64,000 nucleotides of DNA from an uncultured Ignavibacteriales bacterium (GCA_964544635.1 CAZJCK010000007.1:434-64433), one strand, 5' to 3'; numbered from the stretch's first letter, positions 9,817 through 20,423 are shown. Numbers and translations are program-made. Notes: a model not told the origin generated them from the letters alone.

Positions 9817-9864
9817 CTCCTGCGACTCACTTGACCTGCATCAAGCGTGAGTCGCAGGAGTTTT
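9817..9864 (+). terminator. Rho-independent terminator
   Basis: 14-bp perfect stem ctcctgcgactcac (9817-9830) / gtgagtcgcaggag (9847-9860), 16-nt loop, then tttt (9861-9864). Confidence 0.75.
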
Positions 9865-9901
9865 CACACCGGCGCGGAGTTTGCGACGGACTGAAATTGC
9901 A

Positions 9902-9930
9902 TTGACACAATCTGGCCAGGCGTCTATAAT
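9902..9930 (+). promoter_or_regulatory. Perfect-consensus sigma70 promoter
   Basis: TTGACA (9902-9907), exactly 17 nt spacer, TATAAT (9925-9930). Confidence 0.6.
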
Positions 9931-9936
9931 ACTCAT

Positions 9937-10571
9937 GGATCGTCGTTCACCACGACATAACACCTGACATCGGCAACACCTCACACAAGATCTTCGCGGT
10001 CGGGTGATCGCGCATAAGGTATCCCCGCCTCATCCTCACTGTCGTTAGGGAAGGAACCCGTAACGAAGGAGGTAGCGTATGGAGTAGACTGCGCCGATTC
10101 GAACCGCCGGCAGGCGGCCCGAAATTGGCGCGCCATTTTTCTGAGCCTGGCGACTTTGGTCAGGGCTGTCGACACGGACGGTCGCCGTAACCCGGTCTAC
10201 GTATCTCTGGCACACGCTCGTCACATACGGTACGGGCGCCCGGCGATCGCCGACGTTGACACCGGCTGAAATCGGCAGGCAGTTTCTACCCGAAATACGT
10301 GTCGCCCGGACGGTTCCGCACCACGCGGAGCCGCCGGGTTTCTTTGTTTCCGGCCAATCGGCTATAGGCCGCGTCCCATAGCTGTACCCCCGTCAAGCAG
10401 CCGGAAATCGCTTCCCGACTGTGCCATTTTCCCACAATAATCGTGCTAACCCCTTGAGCCACAACGGCGACTCGCCCCGCGCCGGTCAACCGGCAGGCTC
10501 CGGCACTACCCTTGCAAGTTCCAGCCTGAAACACATGAACCCTGAGACTTCGCAGAAAGAAGGGTAGGCTG
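9937..10571 (+). ncRNA. Candidate structured RNA or long regulatory leader (unclassified)
   Basis: No plus-strand ORF of 60 aa or more between 9779 and 10572, although GC content looks coding-like. Many palindromes and hairpins (tggcgcgcca 10126-10135, cggcgatcgccg, ccgcc-ggca-ggcgg 10104-10117). T-tract at 10136-10140. Perfect SD AAGGAGGT 10066-10073 followed by a 2-codon ORF, ATG GAG TAG (10079-10087). I recognised no known RNA family. Confidence 0.3.
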
Positions 10572-10814
10572 ATGAGAGTGAAGTTCGTGCTGACCATGGA
10601 GGACCTGGTAGTTGATGATGCCACCGTCGACCAGGTTGTGCTCGACTGGGAATCGGATCTTGACCAGGGCGAAATTCTCGAGTTGTCCCACCAGTGGATT
10701 ACCTCCAGGAACTTTCTCACCCAGCGCATGGAAGGGCTGACCAGAGTGGGAGAATCATCCTTGACCATAGAACCGCTTGAAGATTCGGAAGAGATCGAAG
10801 ATGAAGAATACTGA
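10572..10814 (+). CDS. Small acidic hypothetical protein (80 aa)
   Basis: ORF with gaaggg upstream of the ATG. Highly acidic C-terminus (EPLEDSEEIEDEEY). Its stop overlaps the start region of the next gene. No recognisable family. Confidence 0.45.
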   Translation: MRVKFVLTMEDLVVDDATVDQVVLDWESDLDQGEILELSHQWITSRNFLTQRMEGLTRVGESSLTIEPLEDSEEIEDEEY

Positions 10815-11136
10815 GCTTGTAGCCCAGGTTCAACAGGCGGCCGACAAGGCGACCGAAAAAGCCAACGGCCTCTTCGGTTTCATCGAACCGGCCCGCGAAT
10901 TCATCATCGCCAACTTCGGCCAGAACGGCCTGTATGCGACCTATATTGTCCTCGCTGTCGCCGTTCTCGCTGTCGCCTCACGTCTTGTCAAGTTCAGCTT
11001 TGCAACCCTCAAGTACCTGGTCATACCGGCGATCGCGCTGGCCTTCCTCGGGAGCCTGTTTGTCCCGATGACCTTTTTTGCGCTCTTGCCGGTTACCGCC
11101 ACCGCGTGCTCGCTGGTGTTGCTCGTTAAGGGGTAA
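10801..11136 (+). CDS. Small membrane protein, about 3 TM segments (hypothetical)
   Basis: ATG at 10801 (MKNTELV..) lies inside the stop region of the preceding ORF, suggesting translational coupling. Hydrophobic segments LYATYIVLAVAVLAVA, LVIPAIALAFLGSLFV, FFALLPVTATACSLVLLV. Confidence 0.55.
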   Translation: MKNTELVAQVQQAADKATEKANGLFGFIEPAREFIIANFGQNGLYATYIVLAVAVLAVASRLVKFSFATLKYLVIPAIALAFLGSLFVPMTFFALLPVTATACSLVLLVKG

Positions 11137-11142
11137 TCTGTT

Positions 11143-11652
11143 ATGTCTGATCAACAACAACAACAGGGTAAGGCCAGGCGACGTCTGGCTTCCGAAGAGA
11201 ACAATAATCCAACCTGTATCAACTGCGGCGAATCGCTGGTGGAACGCAACGGCGTACGACTCTGCCCGTCCTGCAATACCAATGATCTCAACGCCTCACA
11301 GATATTCATCGACAGCGGCCAGGACTCCGAGTTTGTCTTTATCGAGTGTCCCGGCGCGACGCTGTACGATACCGAAACCGGCCAGATAACCGCCGGCGTG
11401 AAATGGCATGACGACGACGATCCGTCGCAAGGGCACGACATCGTCGATCATCCCGTCTACGCCCCCACCCACACCCATCGACGCCGGATCAAGCGAGAAG
11501 CCTACGGTAAGATCCGTCGCTGCCAGGGCTGCCAGGACTTCACGATACGTATGCGCCGCAAAGAGGGTCCGGATTTCTTTGTGCCGTCTCCAAAGTATCC
11601 CGGCCGCACCAAGCTCAAATCTGTGGAAGGTTTGAAGCGCGAACCACGCTAA
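11143..11652 (+). CDS. Zinc-ribbon protein with a basic C-terminal tail (hypothetical)
   Basis: Starts 6 nt after the previous stop. CINCG-x13-CPSC zinc ribbon, a second CQGC knuckle, and an Arg/Lys-rich tail (HRRRIKREAYGKIRR..RMRRKEG). Confidence 0.55.
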   Translation: MSDQQQQQGKARRRLASEENNNPTCINCGESLVERNGVRLCPSCNTNDLNASQIFIDSGQDSEFVFIECPGATLYDTETGQITAGVKWHDDDDPSQGHDIVDHPVYAPTHTHRRRIKREAYGKIRRCQGCQDFTIRMRRKEGPDFFVPSPKYPGRTKLKSVEGLKREPR

Positions 11653-11675
11653 AATCGCCGTCCTCCGCATAGGTT

Positions 11676-11772
11676 ATCCCGGCACATCTCCCTGTCATCC
11701 CGGACGAAGGGCACATCCTCCCAACTGTCATCCCGGACAAGGTCCCGCGGAGCGGGACCGAAGATCCGGGAT
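11676..11772. repeat. REP-like direct and inverted repeat cluster (atcccgg core)
   Basis: ctgtcatcccggac occurs twice (11692-11705 and 11725-11738), with a partial third copy at about 11676. Nested hairpin: atcccgga (11730-11737) pairs with tccgggat (11765-11772), enclosing gtcccgc-gga-gcgggac (11742-11758). Confidence 0.5.
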
Positions 11773-11998
11773 CCACTCTTCTCTTTGCAACCCCAAATAT
11801 CGGCAGGACTTCCGCGTCTTTTTCTATGACACGTCCTATCCACGCCCAAAACTCCTCGCGCCTCCGGCGCATCAAAAATTCCAAGCTGCCAAACACTTTC
11901 CTGCCACTTGAAACCCGGATGAAACCAAATCGTCCGTGATTCCGTACACCAGACTGAAAGCACTGACTCATCTACATTAAGACGGGAGGAGATGTCTT

Positions 11999-12733
11999 AT
12001 GCGACATACCCGCATAGCTCTGTCTATGTTACTGATGGCTGCGCTGGTCGCCATGCTGGCGCTGCCGGCTTCGGCCGACTGGTGGGGGAGGGGCGAAAAA
12101 GGATCGGGTAATCTCATAACGGAGAACCGCGATATCACCGACTTCGACTTCATCGAATGCAATATCGGCGCCGATATCGATGTCCGCAAGGGCGACACCT
12201 ACTCAGTTACCGTGACGATCGACGACAACCTGATGGACAACATCCGCACCGAGGTAAGCGGCGGCACCCTCGAAATCTGGGCGGAAGAAGGTTTCCGATC
12301 GAAAGACGGCTGCCGGATCGATATTACCGTCACGTCGCTTGAGGGAATGGAAGTTTCCGGCTCCGGCGACATAAAGATTGCCGACCTGCGCGAGGACGAG
12401 TTCGAGTTTGACCTGTCCGGTTCCGGTGATGTCATGATCATCGGTGATTTCGAACGGCTCGAAGTAGACCTGTCCGGGTCCGGCGACATCGAGCTGGTCG
12501 GTACGTCGGCGACGGCCGACCTGTCGATCAGCGGCTCGGGCGATATCGACGCCCGCGAGATGCACTGCGATACGGCCGATGTACGCATTGCCGGCTCGGG
12601 GGATGTCAAGGTGTACGTTCGGCAGTCGCTCTACGGCCGGGTCAGCGGCTCCGGCGACATCGATTATTGGGGTAATCCGAAGGATGTGTCCTCGAAGGTG
12701 CACGGTTCCGGGTCGATCCAGAAGCGCGGCTGA
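11999..12733 (+). CDS. DUF2807/GIN-domain (putative adhesin head) secreted protein
   Basis: Signal peptide. Repeated (V/L)SGSGD(I/V) beta-strand units (six or more copies), typical of the DUF2807 beta-helix family. RBS gggaggag. Confidence 0.8.
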   Translation: MRHTRIALSMLLMAALVAMLALPASADWWGRGEKGSGNLITENRDITDFDFIECNIGADIDVRKGDTYSVTVTIDDNLMDNIRTEVSGGTLEIWAEEGFRSKDGCRIDITVTSLEGMEVSGSGDIKIADLREDEFEFDLSGSGDVMIIGDFERLEVDLSGSGDIELVGTSATADLSISGSGDIDAREMHCDTADVRIAGSGDVKVYVRQSLYGRVSGSGDIDYWGNPKDVSSKVHGSGSIQKRG

Positions 12734-12767
12734 TGCAAAGCTATAGTGACCCCCAACACACCGTCCG

Positions 12768-12800
12768 GCGGGTGCGGCCTTCCGCACCCGCTTCTTTGTT
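12768..12800 (+). terminator. Rho-independent terminator
   Basis: gcgggtgcgg (12768-12777), loop cctt, ccgcacccgc (12782-12791), then ttctttgtt. Confidence 0.65.
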
Positions 12801-12810
12801 GTCGCAGGTA

Positions 12811-15342
12811 TCAATCATCCACGCACTTGGGGCGATCCAGATTGAAGAATTCGCCGCGGAAGGTCAGGCTGAAGGTCATGTATTCATATTCAACTTCACC
12901 CGGTGTGAATGACACGATACGGCTGAGTTCGCCGGTCATGCTACCTTCCACGAAATCCGCAGATTCATAGCCCGTGATCTGAAGCACCGGGAGCGGCGAG
13001 TCAGGGTCAGAAAGGCCCCACGACACAAGGTCAGTTCCTTCGAAGGTAATTGCGGCGACGTCGAATGTGCCGGTGTCGTTCGCATTGTAAGCCACGAACA
13101 ACACGAGCGGCCGGAAGCCATCCTCGGTCTCTTTCATGGAAACGGACAGGCCGCCAAGATCACGGGCGCTGCTCCAGTTGCCCGACTCACTGTAAGCGTA
13201 GCCGGAGCCGACCGCCTCAAAATTCCAGGCGCAGACACACGATGATACGCTGACATCGGCGATTGCCGTGCTTGCGCCGTTGACCGTGGCCCTGACCTTC
13301 ACGCTGCCCGATTCACTGGGTGGGGCATTGTAAGTAGCTTCAGGTCCGCCCGATTCGTCAAGCGTGCCAAAGCCCGGAGGATCAAGCTCCCAGCGGACAC
13401 TGTCGATCGACGATCCGGTGTAGTTGACGACGAATTCCTGCGGCTGTCCGTTCTTCACGCAAATGAAGTTAGGACTGATGAACGCCTCACCTTCACCATT
13501 GTAAGTGATCAATGCCTCGTCATCCCTCTCGTCACCGCTGCCCTGGCGCAACCCGGTAGTGGCCAGGCTTCGCGCTTTTAACGTCATCGGAGGATCCCAC
13601 TCCTGATCGGGAGTGAACACGGTCACGAGGTTGTTGTCTGGAAAGAAAGTCCCGCCGCCTTCAAGCGTCCACTCGACTGCGGTGTTCTCCGCGTTTTCCA
13701 CTCGAGCTGAAAAGAAGAGTTCCTCGGATGTATCCGCCTCGGCCTGGAACGGATCGATGAAGACTTCTATTTGATTGGTGTTGATCGTACGGGCATCGCC
13801 GGTCTTCTCTCCATTGAATGCGCTACTCGTCTCCATCCTCAGTATGGCGCTGCCGACCTCGGTGGGGCGATACTTCTTTTGCTGCTCCTCAATCTCCAGT
13901 GAGCCTGATGACACGATCATGTCGGAATAGTCCGGATCGACACAGTCGATGTCGTCCCACGTCCTGCCGCAGATTTCAATCAGACCGGACTCATTGCCGA
14001 ACTTCTGGACAACTGCGTTGGCGCTGCCCGATGCGACAAACGCGGTATTGACAGTCTCATCCATACGATCGACAATTTCTCCTATGTTATTGGGTGCAAG
14101 TTCACCGAAATTGTCGGCTGCGCCTTTCCCGGCCAGCGCCTGCAGTATGGCTTCAAAAATCGCGGCATCGAGGTTGAGCCCCTGGCTCTGAGCCGTGACA
14201 TGGAACCTCGTCCACTCGCCGTCTTCGGTGAAGTCTTCGTCAAACTCCAGTTCCGACGGATCAAACGATGCCTGGCCGGAAACGAAGTCACCCGGCAGCA
14301 TCTTGAGATAAGCATCATTCATCTTGGCTTCTCCCCAGACCATTCCACCTGCCATAACGATTGGCACCTGTGAACCAGGAATCAAACCGAGGACGAGAAT
14401 CGTGTTGCTGATACCGTCGGCGATGACCTTATCGGAAAGATCGGTCGTAGCATCCTGAAGCTCCTGCTGACGGTTCATGGCGTCGGCAAGAGAGGCACAA
14501 TCGGTAATCCCCATGTTCGGCGCCGGAATACAGGCCTGGCCCGATGCCGCCGCTTCTCGCAGTGTAATGCGGCGGTGCGGCGCGACCTCCGGAACCGCCA
14601 TGGTGTCGAGTCGCGCCACCAGGTCTTCGAGATGGTCGCGGTAACCGGTATTTGCAAGCAGCCGGTCGGTCAGCTCCCACATCGCCGAGTCGGCGCTGAA
14701 GGCCGGCGAGGTACGGTCGAGGATAGCGCGCAGCGAATTTGGGTTATCAGGGCTGTCAATGGCGTTATAAGCAAAAACCAGGGCCAGGTGCTCGAGCGGG
14801 ATGTCATCCACCACCAGGTTGTCCAGGCTGTCACGGCTGGTACCGGCAAGTCGCATCATGTGTCCAAGCTGCGTCTGCAAAAGCGACAAAATAGCTTCGC
14901 TCTCACCCGGCGCCGCCGGCAGGGTGTCGAGCGTGAACTTGATGGGCTCGGATACAACGTTTTTGCCGTCAGTGATCACTATCAACACATCGCCGCCATT
15001 GAGCGGATCCGACGGATTGAGAGGCGTAACCATATAGTCACCGGAATCGGTGCGAAAGACAACCGCAAGCCCGGTATCGACCGCCACCGCAGCAGCCAGG
15101 GGTGAGGCTGCCGAGTCGGCATCGAGCACTATCCCGTACAGGTCGTCAGCGCCGGCCGGGATTCCGCTCACCCGCACCCAGGAGGTGGGGGGGGCAGAGG
15201 TTGCCGATGGTGTGATTGTCAACGTGTCCGTTCCCGACGGCCCGCTGGGGTTATCGGCGGAATCGTCATTGGAGCAAACGAGTAAAACCGCCGCCGCCAA
15301 TATGAGAACGACGAAACGGATTACTCGGGATACCTGGCTCAT
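12811..15342 (-). CDS. Large lipoprotein (about 843 aa) with Ig-like repeats, function unknown
   Basis: ATG at 15342 with aaagga RBS. Signal plus lipobox ..AAAVLLVC(23)SNDDSADNPSG. Two similar segments (VEWTLEGGGTFFPDNN.. and VRWELDPPGFGTLDESG..) suggest Ig-like domains. The track ORF extends to 15459, but that extension lacks a signal peptide. Confidence 0.75.
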   Translation of the reverse strand: MSQVSRVIRFVVLILAAAVLLVCSNDDSADNPSGPSGTDTLTITPSATSAPPTSWVRVSGIPAGADDLYGIVLDADSAASPLAAAVAVDTGLAVVFRTDSGDYMVTPLNPSDPLNGGDVLIVITDGKNVVSEPIKFTLDTLPAAPGESEAILSLLQTQLGHMMRLAGTSRDSLDNLVVDDIPLEHLALVFAYNAIDSPDNPNSLRAILDRTSPAFSADSAMWELTDRLLANTGYRDHLEDLVARLDTMAVPEVAPHRRITLREAAASGQACIPAPNMGITDCASLADAMNRQQELQDATTDLSDKVIADGISNTILVLGLIPGSQVPIVMAGGMVWGEAKMNDAYLKMLPGDFVSGQASFDPSELEFDEDFTEDGEWTRFHVTAQSQGLNLDAAIFEAILQALAGKGAADNFGELAPNNIGEIVDRMDETVNTAFVASGSANAVVQKFGNESGLIEICGRTWDDIDCVDPDYSDMIVSSGSLEIEEQQKKYRPTEVGSAILRMETSSAFNGEKTGDARTINTNQIEVFIDPFQAEADTSEELFFSARVENAENTAVEWTLEGGGTFFPDNNLVTVFTPDQEWDPPMTLKARSLATTGLRQGSGDERDDEALITYNGEGEAFISPNFICVKNGQPQEFVVNYTGSSIDSVRWELDPPGFGTLDESGGPEATYNAPPSESGSVKVRATVNGASTAIADVSVSSCVCAWNFEAVGSGYAYSESGNWSSARDLGGLSVSMKETEDGFRPLVLFVAYNANDTGTFDVAAITFEGTDLVSWGLSDPDSPLPVLQITGYESADFVEGSMTGELSRIVSFTPGEVEYEYMTFSLTFRGEFFNLDRPKCVDD

Positions 15343-15689
15343 GATTTGTCCTTTGATTTTTCGATACGGAGTTGAGGCTGCCGCTTGCAGCGGTCCTGGC
15401 TCTCTCAAGGTACGATATGTATCGGATATGGCAAGCATTAAAAGACCTTGACGGTCCATCTTAGCCGCTTGCGGCCGAGTGTTCGAGGCGCTCTTTTTTC
15501 GACCGACGGCGCCCCTGTCGCGCCGTGAGCGAGAATCGATATGGCGTCCCGTCAGTCGCCTTCAACAGCACCTCAAAAACTCGGCTAACTTATTAAGAAT
15601 CATAGAGATAAATACGGTTTTTTACTTGCGCCGCAGGGACCAAATCGGTATCATTTATTGTTACAACAGTAAGGATTTCAGGGAGGAAC

Positions 15690-17976
<2,287 letters not shown>

Positions 17977-17986
17977 ACGACCATTC

Positions 17987-18016
17987 ACGGGCGGCCGTCT
18001 CGGCCGCCCGTTTTCT
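17987..18016 (+). terminator. Rho-independent terminator after gyrB
   Basis: acgggcggccg (17987-17997), short loop, cggccgcccgt (18001-18011), then tttctctt. Confidence 0.75.
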
Positions 18017-18024
18017 CTTCCGCA

Positions 18025-18537
18025 ATGATACGACTGTCATTCATCCTGCTCGCGATCATGCTGTTTATTGTCGGTTGCGCTACCGTGCCGATGCAGATCG
18101 ATTACGATCACGGTTACAGCTTCCGTGGTATTCAGTACTATACCTGGCTCGACAACCCGCCATCGCAACAGAACCTGCTGGAGCGCAATACCGCCGTGGC
18201 GCAACAAATCGTGCGCAAGGTCAACGCACAGTTGCAGGCGCGCGGCTTCCAGGAAGTACCGGTCGACAGCGCCGATTTCCTGCTGGCGTTCCATATCGGC
18301 TCGAAGGACCGCCTTCTCGTATCAGAAACCGGCTACTACTACCTCGAGTGGGGGAGTCGTTTTCACGATTACCGTTACCACCAGGGGACCCTCGTGATTG
18401 ATATCATCGATCCCCAGTCGCGCCGCCTCGTCTGGCGCGGCTGGTCGACCGGGGTGGTCGATCTCGATCCCGAGTCGCTGCAGAATGAAGTCGATCGCGC
18501 CATTGAAAAACTGATGGCGAACTTCCCGCCGCAGTAA
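18025..18537 (+). CDS. DUF4136 lipoprotein
   Basis: Lipobox LFIVGC(18)ATVP. C-terminal GTLVIDIIDPQSRRLVWRGWS motif, typical of DUF4136. Confidence 0.7.
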   Translation: MIRLSFILLAIMLFIVGCATVPMQIDYDHGYSFRGIQYYTWLDNPPSQQNLLERNTAVAQQIVRKVNAQLQARGFQEVPVDSADFLLAFHIGSKDRLLVSETGYYYLEWGSRFHDYRYHQGTLVIDIIDPQSRRLVWRGWSTGVVDLDPESLQNEVDRAIEKLMANFPPQ

Positions 18538-18594
18538 ACTGTTACAGACACACAACTGCAACCCGAGTATTCTAACTCACTGGAGGAGACGATA

Positions 18595-19185
18595 ATGCGC
18601 TCTACGATGAAGTACATCCTGCTCGCACTGCTGGGTGCCATGCTGATGTCTGTCAGCCTGTTTGCTGCCGGCGGTGATGAAGAAAAAACCGAAGAGACCG
18701 ATACCGACAAGCAGAAACAGGCTACCGAGGCTTACAACAGCGGCGTGAAACACGTCGAGAAGGCGCGCGAGATCCTGAAGAAGGGCGACTCGACCTACGC
18801 CTATAACTATCGCGCCACCTCCGACGCCAAGGCCGGCAAGGAGTACGAGCAGGCGGTTGACGACTTTCGGGCCGCCGTCGAACTCGATCCGGAAATGAAG
18901 CAGGCCTGGAACTACCTCGGCTACAGCCACCGCAAGCTGGGCAACCTCGAAGCATCACTCAGCGCCTATCAAGAGGCCATCGAACTCGACCCCAACTACG
19001 CCCAGGCTCGTGAGTATCTCGGCGAAACGTATCTTGCGATGGGGCAGATGGACAAGGCGATGGAGCAGTACAACAAGCTCAAAGAGCTGGAGTCGCCGTA
19101 CACCGATACGCTGAACATGGCGATTGAGTTGTACCGGCTGAAAGAACTGGATCAGAAGATGCAGGGCAGCGCGACAGGGAAGTAG
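18595..19185 (+). CDS. Secreted TPR-repeat protein
   Basis: Signal peptide. TPR-like repeats (AVELDPEMKQAWNYLGYSHRKLGNLEASLSAYQEAIELDPNYAQAREYLGETYLAMGQMDKA). Confidence 0.75.
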   Translation: MRSTMKYILLALLGAMLMSVSLFAAGGDEEKTEETDTDKQKQATEAYNSGVKHVEKAREILKKGDSTYAYNYRATSDAKAGKEYEQAVDDFRAAVELDPEMKQAWNYLGYSHRKLGNLEASLSAYQEAIELDPNYAQAREYLGETYLAMGQMDKAMEQYNKLKELESPYTDTLNMAIELYRLKELDQKMQGSATGK

Positions 19186-19220
19186 ATTCCCTGCGCTATC
19201 GATAGCGAAAACCGGCGAGC

Positions 19221-19715
19221 CTACTCGTCGGTTTTCTTTTTACCGTTACTTTCAACGGAATCTTCCACGGACTTTGGTTCCGGCGGATTGATGACGTCTT
19301 CCGGGGGAGAGAGGCGCGGCCGGAAGACTCCCAGCCAGCGCTGGTACCACTTCCACTTCTTTTTTTCCTGCTTGTACCACTTCTTGAACGCCCTTTCCTT
19401 GCGCTGGGCAACCGCGTCCTTCTCTTCGATTTTCAACAGCAGGATTTCGATCGACTCGCGCTTTTCCAGCGCCGTGCGCATCGTGTTGTAGTCGGTAAAG
19501 TTGAACAGTGACTGCACGATCGGTTCGAAGAACACCATCACCTGCGAGCTGATGTAATTCAGGGGTTTGACCGACTCGAGGAAAAGTATGGCCGGAACAG
19601 ACATACCCAGATCGATCGTCTTCTTCGCCACCTTATCAAGTACCGCGTTCTCTTCGGGCGAGAGGATCTTCTCCGGGTCGTCCGGGAGCTGGTCGTCGCC
19701 GCCGAACAGGCTCAT
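19221..19715 (-). CDS. Hypothetical protein (164 aa), Lys/Trp-rich C-terminus
   Basis: ORF overlaps the upstream gene by 4 nt (ATGA coupling). No family recognised. Confidence 0.55.
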   Translation of the reverse strand: MSLFGGDDQLPDDPEKILSPEENAVLDKVAKKTIDLGMSVPAILFLESVKPLNYISSQVMVFFEPIVQSLFNFTDYNTMRTALEKRESIEILLLKIEEKDAVAQRKERAFKKWYKQEKKKWKWYQRWLGVFRPRLSPPEDVINPPEPKSVEDSVESNGKKKTDE

Positions 19716-20197
19716 GACTTCTCCTCGCGTTCGTCGTCGATACCGCGGATGTGCGACTTCACGTACGCGACCACCTCATTCCGATTATCGGCGAAGATCA
19801 GGTACATGCCGCGAAAGTTCTCCAGCCGCGACGGTTCTATAAACGGCGACAGCAGTACACCGTTCTTGTCGGGGTAATACGATCGAAACTGCTTCCACTC
19901 GCGACGGATGGTGGTGGTCGATGTCTTGATGCGCACCGCTTTGTCAGTCAGTATGAAACGCGTGGGGAGGTAGAACTTGGTCAGGGATGCAAACAGCACC
20001 AGCAGCGCCAGGATCCCGAACCAGAGCATGTCGGTGGCGTACCAGGCGAGAACGGCGCACAGGGTGATGAAGATGCTGACAAGGATGGCTGCCCGCGGAC
20101 GCCGCTTCATCGGGTGAGTCGTCCACTCGAACAGATTCCCTTCCTCGGCGATCTTCTCGCGCGTCGGGACAGCAGCAGCAGACTCCTTCTCGGCCAT
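19712..20197 (-). CDS. Membrane protein with two TM segments and a bacterial PH-like C-terminal domain (tentative)
   Basis: TM hairpin AAILVSIFITLCAVLAWY / LWFGILALLVLFASL followed by a roughly 80-aa soluble domain. The PH-like (YdbS/YdbT-type) assignment is from memory only. Confidence 0.5.
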   Translation of the reverse strand: MAEKESAAAVPTREKIAEEGNLFEWTTHPMKRRPRAAILVSIFITLCAVLAWYATDMLWFGILALLVLFASLTKFYLPTRFILTDKAVRIKTSTTTIRREWKQFRSYYPDKNGVLLSPFIEPSRLENFRGMYLIFADNRNEVVAYVKSHIRGIDDEREEKS

Positions 20198-20216
20198 AGC
20201 AGGGAGTACGTGCGGG

Positions 20217-20423
20217 TTATTCAGGACGTTGACGGTAGCGTTCCTGCTTGACCGTCTCCATCATCTTCATCAGTTCCTGCGGCTCGAACACTTTCTTTTC
20301 GATCAGCAGGCGTACCAGCGCTTCCTGGGCCAGGTTATTGGAGAGAGCCAGTTCTTCGTACGTGACATCACGTTCCTGGCCGCCCACCACCATCTTCAGG
20401 GCAACTTTCTTTTCTTCATCCAT
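20217..20423 (-). CDS. Small hypothetical protein (68 aa)
   Basis: ATG at 20423 (MDEEKKVALK..) with gaaagga upstream. Co-directional with neighbours. Confidence 0.45.
   Translation of the reverse strand: MDEEKKVALKMVVGGQERDVTYEELALSNNLAQEALVRLLIEKKVFEPQELMKMMETVKQERYRQRPE

Noticed and set aside
10095-10112. T-loop-like gattcgaacc (minus strand ggttcgaatc) inside the non-coding region, which raised the possibility of a tmRNA or tRNA-like element
   Set aside because: The flanks do not form a 5-bp T stem. No acceptor stem or CCA context is present. The tmRNA 5' signature (GGGG..GGAUUCGAC) and 3' T-arm/ACCA are absent on both strands.
10286-10768. 160-aa minus-strand ORF spanning the non-coding region and the start of the small-gene cassette
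   Set aside because: Ser/Thr/Arg/Trp-rich low-complexity translation, no RBS or recognisable domain, and it overlaps a better plus-strand ORF. This is a typical GC-rich shadow ORF.
15460-15689. Possible oriC next to DUF721-gyrB
   Set aside because: No dnaA, dnaN or recF gene is nearby, and I found no clustered TTATCCACA-like DnaA boxes. Only a modest AT-rich stretch and an ordinary promoter (TTGCGC-N17-TATCAT) are present.
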